Source: Ostreococcus lucimarinus | Lineage: Eukaryota | Length of the DNA: 64,000 nt | NCBI GenBank assembly: GCA_000092065.1 | Contig: CP000583.1 | Reading direction: 5' to 3' (one strand) | Program-made: the position numbers and the translations under genes | Shown here: one piece after another, positions 1-11,509 of the stretch | Layout: each line of letters begins with the position of its first letter | Numbering within the stretch: position 1 is the first letter of the stretch | Notes under the pieces: model-generated | Seen by the model: only the letters and a program-made list of their open reading frames with translations | Databases searched by the model: none | What the model was told of the DNA's origin: nothing

Positions 1-424
1 GCGACCTTCGACGCGAGCGTCCGAGATTTGTTTCCTTTCGATCCCTCGCGAAGTCGCGCGCGAGAATCGAGAGGTCCGAGCGGCGCGCGCGGCGTCGCCG
101 AGTGTCGCGCGCGCGTCCTGCGGTTAGGGCGCCGCGCCGTCTCCACCGCGCCTCGCGCCCCGTGGACGCGCGCGGACCGCGGGAAATGGATCGCGCCGTC
201 GAGTCGCGATTCGTCGTTCGGGGGGGGGTCGGCGCGCGCGACGCGAAGATTCGGTGAGATCTCGATTTTTCGCGAAGGGGCGCGTCGTTTCGCCGTTGAT
301 GGCGTCTTGGAGGGATTAAACGCGTGAAATTTCTCGCATGTATACATAGGGCGCGGGGCACGCGACGCGAGGCGCCGTCGCGCCGTCGCGCCATCGCGCG
401 ACGCGGCGACCGCGCGACCGCGCG

Positions 425-2302
425 ATGGCGGTGGAGGACGCGGAGGACGTGGAGGACGTGGAGGATATCTTTCTCGACGTCGCGCGGCGCGCGGGACGGC
501 GCGGCGAGGACGCGCGGCGCGGCGAGGACGCGCGCGATGGCGCGGCGACGACGGCGGGCGCGGCGGCGACGGGGGGAGTGGGGACGGCCGAGCGAGGGCT
601 CGGACGGAGCGCGCGAGCGATGGAGGCGGTGGTGGACGCGCGCGCGCGACGGCGGGGGGGGGCGGGCGGTGACGGCGAAGGCGAAGGCGAAGGCGGAGGC
701 GAAGGCGGAGGCGGGCGCCGGCCGGGGACGGCGAAGATTTTCGTTCACACGTTTGGGTGCTCGCACAATCACTCGGATTCGGAGTTCATGGCGGGACAAT
801 TGCGGCGGTACGGGTACGAACTCGTGGACGCGCCGGAGAAGGCGGATGGGTGGTTGGTGAATACGTGCACGGTGAAGAATCCGAGCCAGAGCGCGATGAA
901 CACCGTCATCGAACGAGGCAAAGCGGCGAATAAAGCGATGGTCATCGCGGGATGCGTGCCGCAGGGCGATAAGGGTGCGAAGGAGTTACGAGATGTCAGC
1001 CTGTTGGGCGTGACGCAGATTGATCGCGTGGTGGAGGCGATGGAGCGAACGTTGGCGGGCGACACCGTGCGGATGCTGGAGAAGAAAGCCTTGCCCTCGC
1101 TCGATTTGCCAAAGGTGCGACGGAACGAGTTCGTGGAAATACTGCCGTTAAGCACGGGCTGTTTAGGTGCGTGTACGTATTGCAAGACGAAACACGCGCG
1201 CGGTGATCTCGGGTCGTACGAGATTTCTGCGTTGGTGAGTCGAGTCGAACAAGCGATGGCGGAGGGCGTCTCGGAAGTGTGGCTGTCTTCAGAAGACACT
1301 GGCGCGTATGGGATCGATTTGGGCACCGATGTCGCCGCATTATTTCGCGCCATCACTGCGGTTTTGCCCACGGATGGGTCGGTGATGCTTAGACTCGGCA
1401 TGACGAACCCACCGTACATCTTGGCGCACCTCGACGCCGTCGCCGAAGCGATGCGGCATCCATCAGTGTACGCCTGGATGCACATTCCGGTACAGAGTGG
1501 ATCCAACGCTGTCTTGGAGGGCATGAAGCGCGAGTACACGGTGGAAGAATTCAAACGCGTGTGCGATACGTTGCTCGCCGCCGTGCCAGGCATGGTCATC
1601 GCGACGGATATCATTTGCGGTTTCCCGGGGGAAACCGACGAGCAATGGCAAGAAACCATGAGCCTGATTGAAGAATATAAATTTCCAGAGGTTCACATTT
1701 CGCAGTTCTATCCTCGGCCTGGGACTCCCGCGGCGAAGATGAAGCGAGTGCCGACACAAATAGTCAAGGCACGTTCGCGCGAGCTCACAGCGCTCTTCGA
1801 GTCATACATGCCTCACGAGCACTTGGTTGGTAAAACCGAACGCGTTTGGGTGAGTGATATCGCGCGCGACGGCACATCGCTCGTCGCTCATACGAAAAAC
1901 TACACACAAATACTCTTACCTGGAGGCGAAGACCAAAGAGCGCGCTTGATGGGGCGGAGTGCCATGGTTGAAATTTACGAAGCGGCCCGTTGGTCTTGCA
2001 AGGCGAGAGTTTTAGAAGTCTTAGAAGTTGATCCTACCGTTGCCAGGGTAAAGCTTAACGTTATTTCGAGTGAAGAGGAGGCAAAAGCCATTCGTGAGAA
2101 GCTGACGAAAGGCAAACGCGTTCGCATGAAGAAGACTGAGGCGAACGGTTGCTCGACGTGCGGAAGCGACACTCCGTGCTCATCCGCCGAGACGACAGCA
2201 TTGTACGCGCGGTACTTTACGATTGAAGCCGCTTTAGTCGCCGGTGTGTGCGTTGGCGCAGTCGGTCTCGCGTATGCGACGTTATCTCGCTCTAGATACT
2301 AG
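425..2302 (+). CDS. CDKAL1: CDKAL1-like radical-SAM tRNA methylthiotransferase (MiaB/MtaB family) with low-complexity N-terminal extension and C-terminal TM helix
   Basis: UPF0004 N-domain [21 protein letters not shown], radical SAM CxxxCxxC ([18 protein letters not shown]), TRAM-like C-terminus and a terminal hydrophobic helix; ATG at 425 confirmed in sequence. Confidence 0.85.
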   Translation: MAVEDAEDVEDVEDIFLDVARRAGRRGEDARRGEDARDGAATTAGAAATGGVGTAERGLGRSARAMEAVVDARARRRGGAGGDGEGEGEGGGEGGGGRRPGTAKIFVHTFGCSHNHSDSEFMAGQLRRYGYELVDAPEKADGWLVNTCTVKNPSQSAMNTVIERGKAANKAMVIAGCVPQGDKGAKELRDVSLLGVTQIDRVVEAMERTLAGDTVRMLEKKALPSLDLPKVRRNEFVEILPLSTGCLGACTYCKTKHARGDLGSYEISALVSRVEQAMAEGVSEVWLSSEDTGAYGIDLGTDVAALFRAITAVLPTDGSVMLRLGMTNPPYILAHLDAVAEAMRHPSVYAWMHIPVQSGSNAVLEGMKREYTVEEFKRVCDTLLAAVPGMVIATDIICGFPGETDEQWQETMSLIEEYKFPEVHISQFYPRPGTPAAKMKRVPTQIVKARSRELTALFESYMPHEHLVGKTERVWVSDIARDGTSLVAHTKNYTQILLPGGEDQRARLMGRSAMVEIYEAARWSCKARVLEVLEVDPTVARVKLNVISSEEEAKAIREKLTKGKRVRMKKTEANGCSTCGSDTPCSSAETTALYARYFTIEAALVAGVCVGAVGLAYATLSRSRY

Positions 2303-2332
2303 TTTGATATTGACAACCTACAGTTAGACGCG

Positions 2333-2959
2333 TCACGACGTCCGCCCGCGAGCAACTAGATAAATTTCCTTGCTCTCGCTTCGCGTCGCCTTCGGTTTGA
2401 ACCAATTTAGCTTGGCAAACCGTGGCTTACACGCTGCGACAAGTGCCTCTACGCTTCCGTCACCTTCTAAAATCTTCACTACCAAGTCGCCACGCAAACG
2501 CAACGCGCCTTCGCCGCCGCCGCGACTCATCGCGACATCTACCGCGCACTCTGCCAAATGCAACGACGCCGCCGCGTCTACGCTCGCAATGCCGCTCGTG
2601 TTCGCCATCATATCGCTAAGAATTAGATCGAACGAGTGCGCCCCGCCGAGTTCATTCAGAGTCGCTTCGTGCGCGTCCCGAACGAGCGTTCTCACGCGTG
2701 CCTCATCGATGTAGCGCATGCCCGATAATTCCACGTCTTGAAGGTCCACTCCTAACACTTCCGTGTGCTTCTCCCCGCGCGCGCAGCAGGCTTGGATCCA
2801 CGCCCCGGGCGCGCAGCCCAAATCGAGGATGCGGCTCTTCGAGCGCAGGAGACGAAACTTGTCGTCCAACTCGACGAGCTTGAGAGCGCTTCGCGCGACG
2901 TATCCGAGCTTACGGGCCGCGACGGCGATCGGGTCTATCGCACGCTTCGCCGCGGACAT
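2333..2959 (-). CDS. FtsJ/RlmE-type rRNA 2'-O-methyltransferase (MRM2-like)
   Basis: SALKLVELDDKFRLL..ILDLGCAPGAWIQ SAM-binding motif typical of FtsJ; first in-frame ATG (MSAAKRAID) at ~2959, ORF-track start 3019 is a non-ATG start. Confidence 0.8.
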   Translation of the reverse strand: MSAAKRAIDPIAVAARKLGYVARSALKLVELDDKFRLLRSKSRILDLGCAPGAWIQACCARGEKHTEVLGVDLQDVELSGMRYIDEARVRTLVRDAHEATLNELGGAHSFDLILSDMMANTSGIASVDAAASLHLAECAVDVAMSRGGGEGALRLRGDLVVKILEGDGSVEALVAACKPRFAKLNWFKPKATRSESKEIYLVARGRTS

Positions 2960-3011
2960 TTGTAGGGAGCATAGAATATGTAGGTGCGCTGACTTATGAC
3001 AAACAATAAGC

Positions 3012-3490
3012 TCAAGCACGCGACTTGTACGTGCCGTCTTCCGTGTTCACGATGATGGAGTCGCCGATGTTCACGAAGAGCGGCACGGTCACGACCGCAC
3101 CGGTTTCGATAGTCGCCGGCTTATCGCCACCACTCGCGGTGTTGCCCTTCAATCCCGGATCGGTCTGCACTACCTCGAACGTGTACGGGTTCGGCACCTC
3201 GCAGCCGATGACTTTGCTTTTCCACTGCACGATGCCGCAGTCCATGCCCTCCTTCACAAACTTACTCACCGCTAACGGCGGCACTCGAAGCTCTTCGAAA
3301 GTTTCCATGTTCATGAACATGTAGTCGTCGCCGTCCATGTACGTGTATTGCATAGTATCCTTGGTCACCTCGGCGAGCTCAAACTTTTCGCCAGAGCGAA
3401 ACGTCTTTTCGTTCGTGTTCCCGGTGAGTAAGTTCTTGAGCTTCGTGCGCACGAACGCCGACCCGCGACCGGGCTGTACGTGCATAAATT
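3012..3490 (-). CDS. efp: Elongation factor P (organellar EF-P), exon 3 of 3
   Basis: EFMHVQPGRGSAFVRTKLKNL..KDTMQYTYMDGDDYMFM..; KOW and OB domains of EF-P; exon begins after AG acceptor at ~3491-3492 (phase 1). Confidence 0.85.
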
Positions 3491-3632
3491 CTACTCAAGA
3501 CAATCGACGATCGATTTCCGTCAGTCGTGGCCTCGTCTTCGTGCATTTAAGCGATTTGCGCGAGCAGCCGTCGCTCTCGCGCCTGCGAGTGGATAAAGCG
3601 TACGCGTGCCGTTCGTCATCGCCCGCACGCAC

Positions 3633-3714
3633 CGGTGATTCTCCACGGGTTGGAGTCGATCTCGAGCGAGAGTCCAACCTTGAAATCCGCGGTCGAGCAC
3701 GTCAGCGCGTTCAC
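3633..3714 (-). CDS. efp: EF-P exon 2 (VNALTCSTADFKVGLSLEIDSNPWRIT)
   Basis: Reverse-strand translation gives the canonical EF-P N-terminus ADFKVGLSLEIDSNPWRI; donor GTGCGTGCGG at 3632, upstream in-frame stop forces an acceptor CAG at ~3715. Confidence 0.65.
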
Positions 3715-3828
3715 CTGCGGTCACAACGCGTCGTCAGTCGAGGACTCGTTCGCGGCGAGGCGAGGGCTGCTGTCGTCATCGTCATCCCGTCGAGTCGCGT
3801 CGCGAAGCGTCGTCTCGCGAAGGCGTAC

Positions 3829-3924
3829 CTTGACCGGACCGCGGACACTAGACGCACGCTTAGTGACGGTCGACGTGCGCGTGAATGCGCGGACGCTGGA
3901 GATGGATTGCGACGCGGAAAGCAT
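3829..3924 (-). CDS. efp: EF-P exon 1: 32-aa Ser/Arg/Thr-rich presumed organellar transit peptide (MLSASQSISSVRAFTRTSTVTKRASSVRGPVK)
   Basis: ATG at 3924..3922, phase-0 donor AAG|GTACGC at ~3828, branch ACTGACGACG 15 nt upstream of acceptor CAG; exon lengths 96/82/479 nt total 218 codons in frame. Confidence 0.55.
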
Positions 3925-3973
3925 CGTGTGTGCGTCTTAAAGTGCGGCGTCTGGGCGGGTTGGTTTTCTGTTG

Positions 3974-3978
3974 TTACA
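3974..3978 (-). promoter_or_regulatory. UGUAA-type poly(A) signal downstream of the NTE stop
   Basis: TGTAA on minus strand 18 nt after the stop; TGTAA also found just 3' of VAP (36262-36266, overlapping the stop), beta-amylase (~36387-36391), CCT-alpha (~27120), PDE (~31270) and DUF1295 (~20635). Confidence 0.45.
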
Positions 3979-3995
3979 CTGTCCTCGTGCGGACA

Positions 3996-6900
3996 TTAAT
4001 TTTGCGATTGCGTGCTCATGAACAGCGCTGGATCGATCGCTAAGGGAGCGTCTGATTGGCTGTGATCAGTGAACGTGCGAACAAGCTGGGAACCAGGACG
4101 CGGAGAGAGCGTAGACGCAGTCTCGGCGGGGTCGTTGCTCGGCAAGAGGGCGGCGCGAGGCGTGGCGCCGGATTTGCGAGTCGTGCGCTGCTTCATGGAG
4201 TCCGAAGCTCGCTCGGTGACAACGTTCACGCGCATATTCGGCGGTTTGGGCAAGCTCGTTGACTTTGACCCGCTCGTTCGCGGTGAGCGATGAGGTGAAA
4301 CGCGGTTTCTGTCGAAACTGTTGCGCGGAGAGACGTGAGGAGAGATGTTTGGCGACTCGGGATCGCTAACGGCGGCAAACGCCGATGCGGCCATTTGGAG
4401 TTCAGCGTGAGGTTTGTTGACGTCGACGTCTGAAATTCGCCGTTCCTCCTTCGCTTTGTGCTTCCAGTTCGTGATGGCGGTGTTCGTGTACGCTTGTGCC
4501 TTTCGCACCGCAGCGTCCATCTGAGACAACGTCAAGCCGTGAGCCATCCACGAAGACACGCCTGGAGGTCGGAGGTGCATGTTGATTCGATGGTCTCGCG
4601 CGACGAGCTCGAGGTGCTTCTTCGTCGTCGTCGCCGTCAATGCGTTCAGAACGTCCGCGTACGATGGGTGATCCAGTCGTTCTGAGGCACTCTTTGACTT
4701 GCGCGAGTCAAACGGGTTCAATCGATCCCACAGCAAGCCGAAACTGCTCATGCCTCCATCGTGCGGCGTGAGATCGCGGAAGCTAATGAAATCTTTGTCT
4801 TCTACGTCCACAACGATCACAGTCTCGACTCCCATCTCTTTTCGCATCACGTCTACGGGAACGCTGTTCAGGTAGCCCCCGTCAACGAGTAACTCACCAT
4901 TCTCGTCGCGAACCGGAGGCAAGAGCCCGAGAACCGTCATCGACGCTCGAATACACCGCCAAAGACGTCCAGAAGTGTGCACATTCAAACACTGTTTGTT
5001 TAAATTTGTGCTACAGCAGAAAAAGTTCAGCCACAGATCTTCGATGGAGGTATCAGCGCCCACGGAACTCTTGATGATGGTGTCCAAGCCCTTGCCGCTA
5101 AAGAGCGAAAGCAGCGGGAGTGTGAGATCGGTGAGCAAATGATGAGGAGAGTTCAGAACGTGCATGTTGTTGCGAAGCATTGGGAGTATGTGCGATGTTG
5201 ATAATGTCCTAGCATACATCCCTGCTGTGAGCGTGCCTTGACTGGTGCCACCGATACAATCGATTGGAATTCCATTCTCCTCGAGCGCACGTAACGCGCC
5301 CAAATGAGCCAAACCACCGCCGCCTCCGCCGGTCAAGATCACGCCAACGCTATGTCCGGACACATACCTCGCGAGGCGTGACATGTCATCCCTCGACGCT
5401 AGTCTCACGTGATGATGGCGTTTGATTGTAGTTCTGTTTTCCTGCCAAGTCTTTGTTTGCGACGGCGTGCTTCCAGGCTCGTGAATTAGTACCAGTTCTG
5501 GACGTGCGCTGTTTCGTGTGCGCCAAAGTAGTCGTTGCTCGTACAGAAGCGGCATCTTATTCTCATGATTGCCGTGTGCCACGACTAATACACAATCCGC
5601 TTGGCTCGCACAAACTTTACTCCAACTTGATGCACGCGGATCCGCTTGGAGGACGATGAAACGATGCACTTCCTCTTGTTCTGCCATCCATCCAGTGAGC
5701 TTTGAACGGTAAAACAGGTTGTCTAGGCGATGAGTCGTTTCGTCAGCGAAAATTTCATCGATAACTGAACTCGTTAGCAGCAGTGTGGATCCAAACATGG
5801 AAAGCGCACTTTGAAGAGCGCTTGCAAACTCGTTGATTTGTGTGCGTGGGCCCGCAGGTATGAGGCAGATCGTCACGAGCTCAGCGAGCGAACGGTCGCC
5901 AGTTCGAAGGTTATTCTGCAGTTTGCAAGCGACGAGTTCAAGAAGTCGACTCGATACCTCAGAGTGATGCGCGTTGATCAGTTTCAGCGCTCCGTGCGAC
6001 ATTCTGACGAGTTCTGTATCGCGTGAAGTGACTGCAGTTGAGGAATACTTCCCATGCGCGAGTAAAGGCGCTTCTCCGATGGTATCGCCTCGACCGCGTT
6101 CCCGAATTATTTCATCTCCACTACTCGTGTGACGTGGAAACCGTAAACGCACGCGTCCACTGATGATGACAAACATACTTGTGGCATCTTCATTGGTCAT
6201 AAAGACGTGATCTCCGCTTCTCAGCCACACTCGATTGAGACCGAAGCCGATGAAATTACGAATGAGAACGCCAAGAGACGAAGACGTTTGACGGAGCAAA
6301 GAGATGTATGCCTCAGTTTCAGCTGTACACAAATGCTCGAGAACTTCTCCTGTTATGACGAGCATTTCACAATCTTCATCCGCCTGTTGGGTTTCTCTGA
6401 AGAGTGAGCGTGTCATAAAGTGCGCCGAACCGATCAACTGTAACGCTCGCACCGGCTTCCCACGCAGCCCGTCGCCTTTCGGCCATGGAATGGCTTCCCG
6501 CGCAATCGATCCCTTCAGAAGGATGTAAAACGCATCCGTAGAATCTCCTTCGGCAAAAATAATCTCACCCTTTTTTATTTGTTTGCGTGCGCAATACTTC
6601 TCCACGGTCGGTAAGTGCTCCAAGAAATCTGAATTTGCGAGCGAGCATGCGTCGTCCGCCTCAGGTTGACCGCGAAGCGATTGCCGAGGCATGCCAAGAA
6701 AATCAATCAGCGAAAACTGCGCCACGCGCCACAATCGCGCGATCGCTTGTTGCAAATACAGCTGCAAAGTGTGCGGATGCTTTCGAACGAAGTCTAAGAA
6801 GATGCGCTGTGAGACTCGCACTACCTTTGCCCCGCCCTGCATGGTGATGCAACTCACGCTTCGTCTCGCGCTGTCGAGGATGTCTATATCTCCCACCGAC

Positions 6901-7348
6901 TCTCCCTCTTGTAAAATATTCGTCATCACAGGTGGCGCTCCATTCGTCGGTTGCAAATACACTCCCACCGATCCCTCGACGACGACGTATATCCCACTCG
7001 AACTATCGTCTCCTTGCCGAAAAAGCACTTCATTCGGCGCCAACACCTCCTCCTCCGACGCCTCAAACAGCTCTCTCGACAACTCCAACTCTAACACGCT
7101 AAAAAACTTCGTACTCGCGAAAAAATTAGGCGTGTTCTCATCGTTCACGTCTTCTCCACTCGCGCTCGCGAAAAACTGTCCCGACGTCCGCGACCCCTCC
7201 AGGTCGCCCTCGTCGCTCCAAAATTCATCCTCTCGACTCGTCGAGCTGCTCATCCCGCGCTGACTCTCGCGCGATCCGAACGACCCAACGCGCAGGACTT
7301 CCGCGCTGTCTCCACCGTCCACGCGCACGCCTCGTCGATTGCGTCCTC

Positions 7349-7385
<37 letters not shown>

Positions 7386-7484
7386 TTCCTCAGCCGCGTC
7401 ACCGCCGTCGTCGCGCGCGAACGCGACGTCCCACGCCTTTTTCACCGCGCACGCCGTCGCGACCGCGCTCGCGGCGTACCCCAT
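3996..7484 (-). CDS. NTE1: Neuropathy target esterase / PNPLA6-like lysophospholipase (cNMP-binding domains + patatin domain)
   Basis: Patatin motifs ILTGGGGGGLAHLGALRALEE and GTSQG, cNMP-binding domain signatures FAEGDSTDAFYILLKGS; probable start MGYAASAVATACAV at ~7484; the ORF-track N-terminal 210 aa (to 8120) are antisense of the PPIP5K gene and not coding. Confidence 0.85.
7345..7384 (-). repeat. (ACG)13 trinucleotide repeat encoding a poly-Thr tract in the NTE N-terminal region
   Basis: cgtcgtcgtcgtcgtcgtcgtcgtcgtcgtcgtcgtcgtc on plus strand; translates TTTTTTTTTTT in the minus-strand ORF. Confidence 0.85.
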
Positions 7485-7628
7485 CGCTCGCGCCGCGCGT
7501 CGTCCCCGCCCCGCGCCCGCGACGCCGCCATCCCGCGCCATGTCGTCGACGAATGCGGGGAATCGCGTCCTAACGACCGGGACGGCGGCCCGCCCGCCCG
7601 AAGCGTCATTCCCAGACGGACGCGCGCG
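7485..7628. promoter_or_regulatory. ~145-bp head-to-head intergenic spacer, putative bidirectional promoter (NTE / PPIP5K)
   Basis: Divergent start codons at ~7484 (minus) and 7629 (plus). Confidence 0.5.
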
Positions 7629-10600
7629 ATGTCCGAACACGCGGCGCCGACGCGCGACGCGCGGAAGCAAAGCTCGCGCTCGGGCGCGTCGAGCGCGTCC
7701 AAGCACCCGATCGTCACGCTGGGCGTGTGCGCGATGGATAAAAAGTCGCGCTCGAGCGCGATGCGAGAGATCCTGACGCGGATCGAATCGTTCGGGGAGT
7801 TTGAGATTGTGATATTCGGGGACGAGTGCGTGGTGAACGAACCGGTGGAAAATTGGCCCAAGGTGGACGCGCTGATCGCGTTCTACAGCAATGGGTTTCC
7901 GTTGCAAAAGGTGGAGCGGTACGTGGAGATGCACAAGCCCTTTGTGGTGAACGAGCCGAACGACCAGTGGACGCTGCTGGATCGGAGATTGGTGTATAAG
8001 CGGTTGCAGGAACACGATATTCCAGTGCCGAATCACGTGGTGGTGAATCGTAACGATTACATCAAGAAGGGGGCGCTCAGGAAGAAGCCGAAGGGGGATG
8101 AAGTGGCGTTGCCCGATCAACCGACGTTCGAGCCAAAGAATTTCTCACAGGACGAAGAGTACGTGGAAATCAACGGGAAAAGGATATATAAGCCCTTTGT
8201 GGAGAAGCCGGCGAACGCGGAGGATCATAACATTTTTATCTACTACCCACACAGCGTCGGTGGGGGGTACAAGCGCTTGTTTCGGAAGATTGGTAATCAA
8301 TCGAGTCAGTACTACCCTCCTCCTGAAACCACCGCGGCGGGCGAGTTGTCTTACGCCCCGGTTCGGGAGACGACATCTTTCATTTACGAAGATTTCATGT
8401 CAACGAACGGTACAGATGTAAAAGTGTATACTGTTGGTCCGAATTACGCCCACGCCGAAGCTAGAAAGAGTCCAGTCGTCGATGGAAGAGTGCAGAGAGA
8501 CGAGAGCGGCAAGGAGGTGCGTTACCCGGTATTGTTGACGCCAGAGGAGAAAGAAATCGCACGCCGTGTGTGTATAGCGTTTGGGCAGCGAGTTTGTGGA
8601 TTTGATTTACTTCGTGCGAAAGGTCGAAGCTACGTTTGTGACGTCAATGGATGGAGTTTTGTGAAAAACTCCAAAAAATACTATGACGACGCTTCGGTGT
8701 GCTTGCGAGCGATGATTTTGAAAGCCGTAGCGCCGAATCACTTTAGCACTCAGCCTGCTCAAAAAGCCGCGGCATCGGCTAGTGTTGAAGAGCCTGATAT
8801 CATTTTAGATGGTAATGATGCCGAATTGAAGGAAACCAGACTCGAGAAGGCGCCATCACCCAAGGAACCGCCTGAGGAGTTGCGCGCCGTACTCGGCGTC
8901 ATTCGGCACGGCGATCGCACGCCCAAGCAAAAGATGAAACTGAGAGTGAAAAATCGTGAACTTCTTGATCTCATGCTTCGATGCACGAACGGTCGAACTC
9001 GCAAGCAAGCTAAATTGAAGACGCCTCAGACATTGCAAGAACTCTTGAATATTTGCAGGGACATTTACAAAAGTTTGTCTAAGCAAACCTTGGCGCCGAA
9101 AGACGAGGAGGGACATGAAGAGGCGCAAGAAGAACTCGAAGCGTGGAAACAAGTAGTGTCGATTCTCGAAGAAGGAGGACACTTTAGTGGTATCAATCGT
9201 AAAGCGCAGCTCAAACCTCTTGAGTGGGAGACAATCGATGCTGGAACGCTAGACTCTCACACAGAAAAAGTCACCGAGGCTCTCCTCATCATCAAGTTCG
9301 GCGGTGTTTTGACTTATTTGGGTAAATATCAAGCCGAAACACTCGGTAAGGCATTTAGAGTACGAATGTATCCTCGTGGTAACTATTACGGCTCGGACGC
9401 TGATGGTTTACTGAGATTACATTCAACCTATCGCCACGATTTGAAGATTTACTCCTCCGATGAAGGTCGAGTGCAGATCACTGCTGCAGCTTTTGCGAAA
9501 GGTTTACTCGCCCTCGATACCCATCATGGACAGCTCACGCCGATTCTCGCTTCTCTCGTTACCAAAGATGCAAAGTTGTTGGATTTCGTGACTCATTACG
9601 TGGAAGAGGACATCTTACACTCAAAGCACAAGCTGTTCACGGCGATGACATACAAGCCAGATGCACAGCTGAATGACAAAAAGCCGACCGAAGAAGAAAT
9701 TGGGGGATTGTCGCAGACCTTGCGATTTGCTTCGCTGAATAAATTCAAGGTGGTGACACAAATGGTTATGGCTGCGCATCGCTTTCAAAGCGCTGGCGAA
9801 TCATCCCACCACGATACGACTCAAAAAGCTGTCACGCTTTCAACCAATCTCATGGGTGTACCGAAGCAGCCACTCAAGAAACTCGAAATGCTGTATGAAC
9901 TCACGAAATCAATTTCGGTGCAGCTTAGAACGATGCTTTCTAGCCACCAAGTGCGATATGATTCCGATTCCGGCACTAGAATCAACTGGGCCGACACGCA
10001 TTCCGCCGTCGCCCCACGTGGTTCACTTCCAAAAGGAGGTATTCAACAGCTTAAAACCATGATCGTTCCCGCTGGCGGTGAGTCCTTTTTGCTCATGTAT
10101 TCCAGATGGAAAAAGTTAGAGCAAGATCTTTACCATTCGCGTAAAGCTAGGTTTGACATCTCGAAAGTACCAGACGTCTACGACGCGGTAAAATACGATG
10201 CCATTCATAACGAACATTTGGCTTTAGAGGGACTCGAGGCGTTGTACGAAATCGCGAAAGAGCTAGCAGATTGCATTGTTCCGAATGAATACGGTACGAC
10301 GGCTTCGAGCAAGCTACGAATTGGGGGCACCGTTGCCAACAGCTTGATTGCAAAATTGCTAAGCGATTTGAACAACACTCGCGAGGAATCTTTCGCCGTC
10401 GAAAGCGGTGGAATGTCATCGAATGAAATGCGCCGTGTTTCTATCAGCGAAAAGATACCGGTTTTAAATGAAGAAGACGAGGCCGAAACGATCGACGAAG
10501 AGACTGAGCGAGAACGTGAGGAGCAGGAAGAAGAAGAGGAAGAGCTGAACACGACTCGATTGAATTTGCGATACGCCACGGCGCACGGTGTGCATAGCCC

Positions 10601-11363
10601 ATTCAGACACGTGCGCACGCGGCTTTATTTCACCTCTGAATCTCACTTGCATTCGCTCATCAATGTACTTCAGTACGCGCACCTGGACAAGCCTCGAGAA
10701 GATCGCGAGCGAGGTCGCTCTCCGTATCACACCGAACATAGCGAAAGCGACGTCGATGCAAAGGGTCCGACGAAACGCACTTCTACGAAGGGAAGCTCGC
10801 GCGCGAGCAGGGTACCGCCCGGTTTGCCGCTAGGGAGCCCGAAAAAGGAAGAGGATGCTACCAGCGCAAACTCAAGCGTGAGTGCTACGAATGAAACCGT
10901 CAGGCCTTCGCTCATCGACGATGCCTTGGGAGCGTTGTTTAAGCGCGAGAAGGAGCTCGATTATCTTACCCACATCGTGTTTAGAATGTTCGAACGTTTC
11001 CATGTTCCTCCGTCAGATCCTCGACGCTTTCGGATTGAAATTTTGTTCTCCAACGGCGTCAGTTTACACCCGTTTAAGACCAATGCCATCGAACTTTTCG
11101 ACAGCAGCGCTAGGAACGGTGTAGCAGATGAAGACGAGGAGATGATATCTGATGATTTGCTCAAAGAAATACAGATTCAAAACGATAAAATCATGCCTGG
11201 ACAGGATTATCTCACTCTTAGCACCATGGAAGAGTACTTGGTAAACTACAATCGACGCTGGAACAAGGGAGGGGATTCAGCCGATGGCACGCCCGGGAAA
11301 GGCGCGAGGAGCTCGAGTGTTGGCAGCGAGCGAATCAGGGCGGGAAAGAACCTCTTTACTTGA
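7629..11363 (+). CDS. VIP1: Inositol hexakisphosphate / diphosphoinositol-pentakisphosphate kinase (PPIP5K/VIP1): ATP-grasp kinase + histidine acid phosphatase domains
   Basis: N-terminal block IVTLGVCAMDKKSRSSAMREIL..NEPVENWPKVDALIAFYSNGFPL matches PPIP5K closely; RHGDRTPKQK histidine-phosphatase motif; ATG at 7629. Confidence 0.9.
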   Translation: MSEHAAPTRDARKQSSRSGASSASKHPIVTLGVCAMDKKSRSSAMREILTRIESFGEFEIVIFGDECVVNEPVENWPKVDALIAFYSNGFPLQKVERYVEMHKPFVVNEPNDQWTLLDRRLVYKRLQEHDIPVPNHVVVNRNDYIKKGALRKKPKGDEVALPDQPTFEPKNFSQDEEYVEINGKRIYKPFVEKPANAEDHNIFIYYPHSVGGGYKRLFRKIGNQSSQYYPPPETTAAGELSYAPVRETTSFIYEDFMSTNGTDVKVYTVGPNYAHAEARKSPVVDGRVQRDESGKEVRYPVLLTPEEKEIARRVCIAFGQRVCGFDLLRAKGRSYVCDVNGWSFVKNSKKYYDDASVCLRAMILKAVAPNHFSTQPAQKAAASASVEEPDIILDGNDAELKETRLEKAPSPKEPPEELRAVLGVIRHGDRTPKQKMKLRVKNRELLDLMLRCTNGRTRKQAKLKTPQTLQELLNICRDIYKSLSKQTLAPKDEEGHEEAQEELEAWKQVVSILEEGGHFSGINRKAQLKPLEWETIDAGTLDSHTEKVTEALLIIKFGGVLTYLGKYQAETLGKAFRVRMYPRGNYYGSDADGLLRLHSTYRHDLKIYSSDEGRVQITAAAFAKGLLALDTHHGQLTPILASLVTKDAKLLDFVTHYVEEDILHSKHKLFTAMTYKPDAQLNDKKPTEEEIGGLSQTLRFASLNKFKVVTQMVMAAHRFQSAGESSHHDTTQKAVTLSTNLMGVPKQPLKKLEMLYELTKSISVQLRTMLSSHQVRYDSDSGTRINWADTHSAVAPRGSLPKGGIQQLKTMIVPAGGESFLLMYSRWKKLEQDLYHSRKARFDISKVPDVYDAVKYDAIHNEHLALEGLEALYEIAKELADCIVPNEYGTTASSKLRIGGTVANSLIAKLLSDLNNTREESFAVESGGMSSNEMRRVSISEKIPVLNEEDEAETIDEETEREREEQEEEEEELNTTRLNLRYATAHGVHSPFRHVRTRLYFTSESHLHSLINVLQYAHLDKPREDRERGRSPYHTEHSESDVDAKGPTKRTSTKGSSRASRVPPGLPLGSPKKEEDATSANSSVSATNETVRPSLIDDALGALFKREKELDYLTHIVFRMFERFHVPPSDPRRFRIEILFSNGVSLHPFKTNAIELFDSSARNGVADEDEEMISDDLLKEIQIQNDKIMPGQDYLTLSTMEEYLVNYNRRWNKGGDSADGTPGKGARSSSVGSERIRAGKNLFT

Positions 11364-11509
11364 GCGTGCAGTAGCAACATAGCCAATATTGTTTAAAACG
11401 CTAAATAAATCAAATGTGGAGATAGGCAAAAGCAGGGGAAAGGCGATCAGCTTTAATTGGAACCTCGCTTCGCAGCGACGTTTCAAAACGAGTCGTCATA
11501 ATTTATAAT

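Noticed and set aside
3491-3632. Possibility that the introns are Micromonas-type introner elements (transposon-derived repeated introns)
   Set aside because: The seven introns examined share only the 5' splice site and the ACTGAC branch motif. Their internal sequences are unrelated in this window. Family membership cannot be judged without genome-wide comparison.
7485-8120. N-terminal 210 aa of the 1,374-aa NTE ORF
   Set aside because: They overlap the PPIP5K coding region on the opposite strand and are low-complexity. The ORF track permits non-ATG starts, and the first credible ATG is at ~7484.
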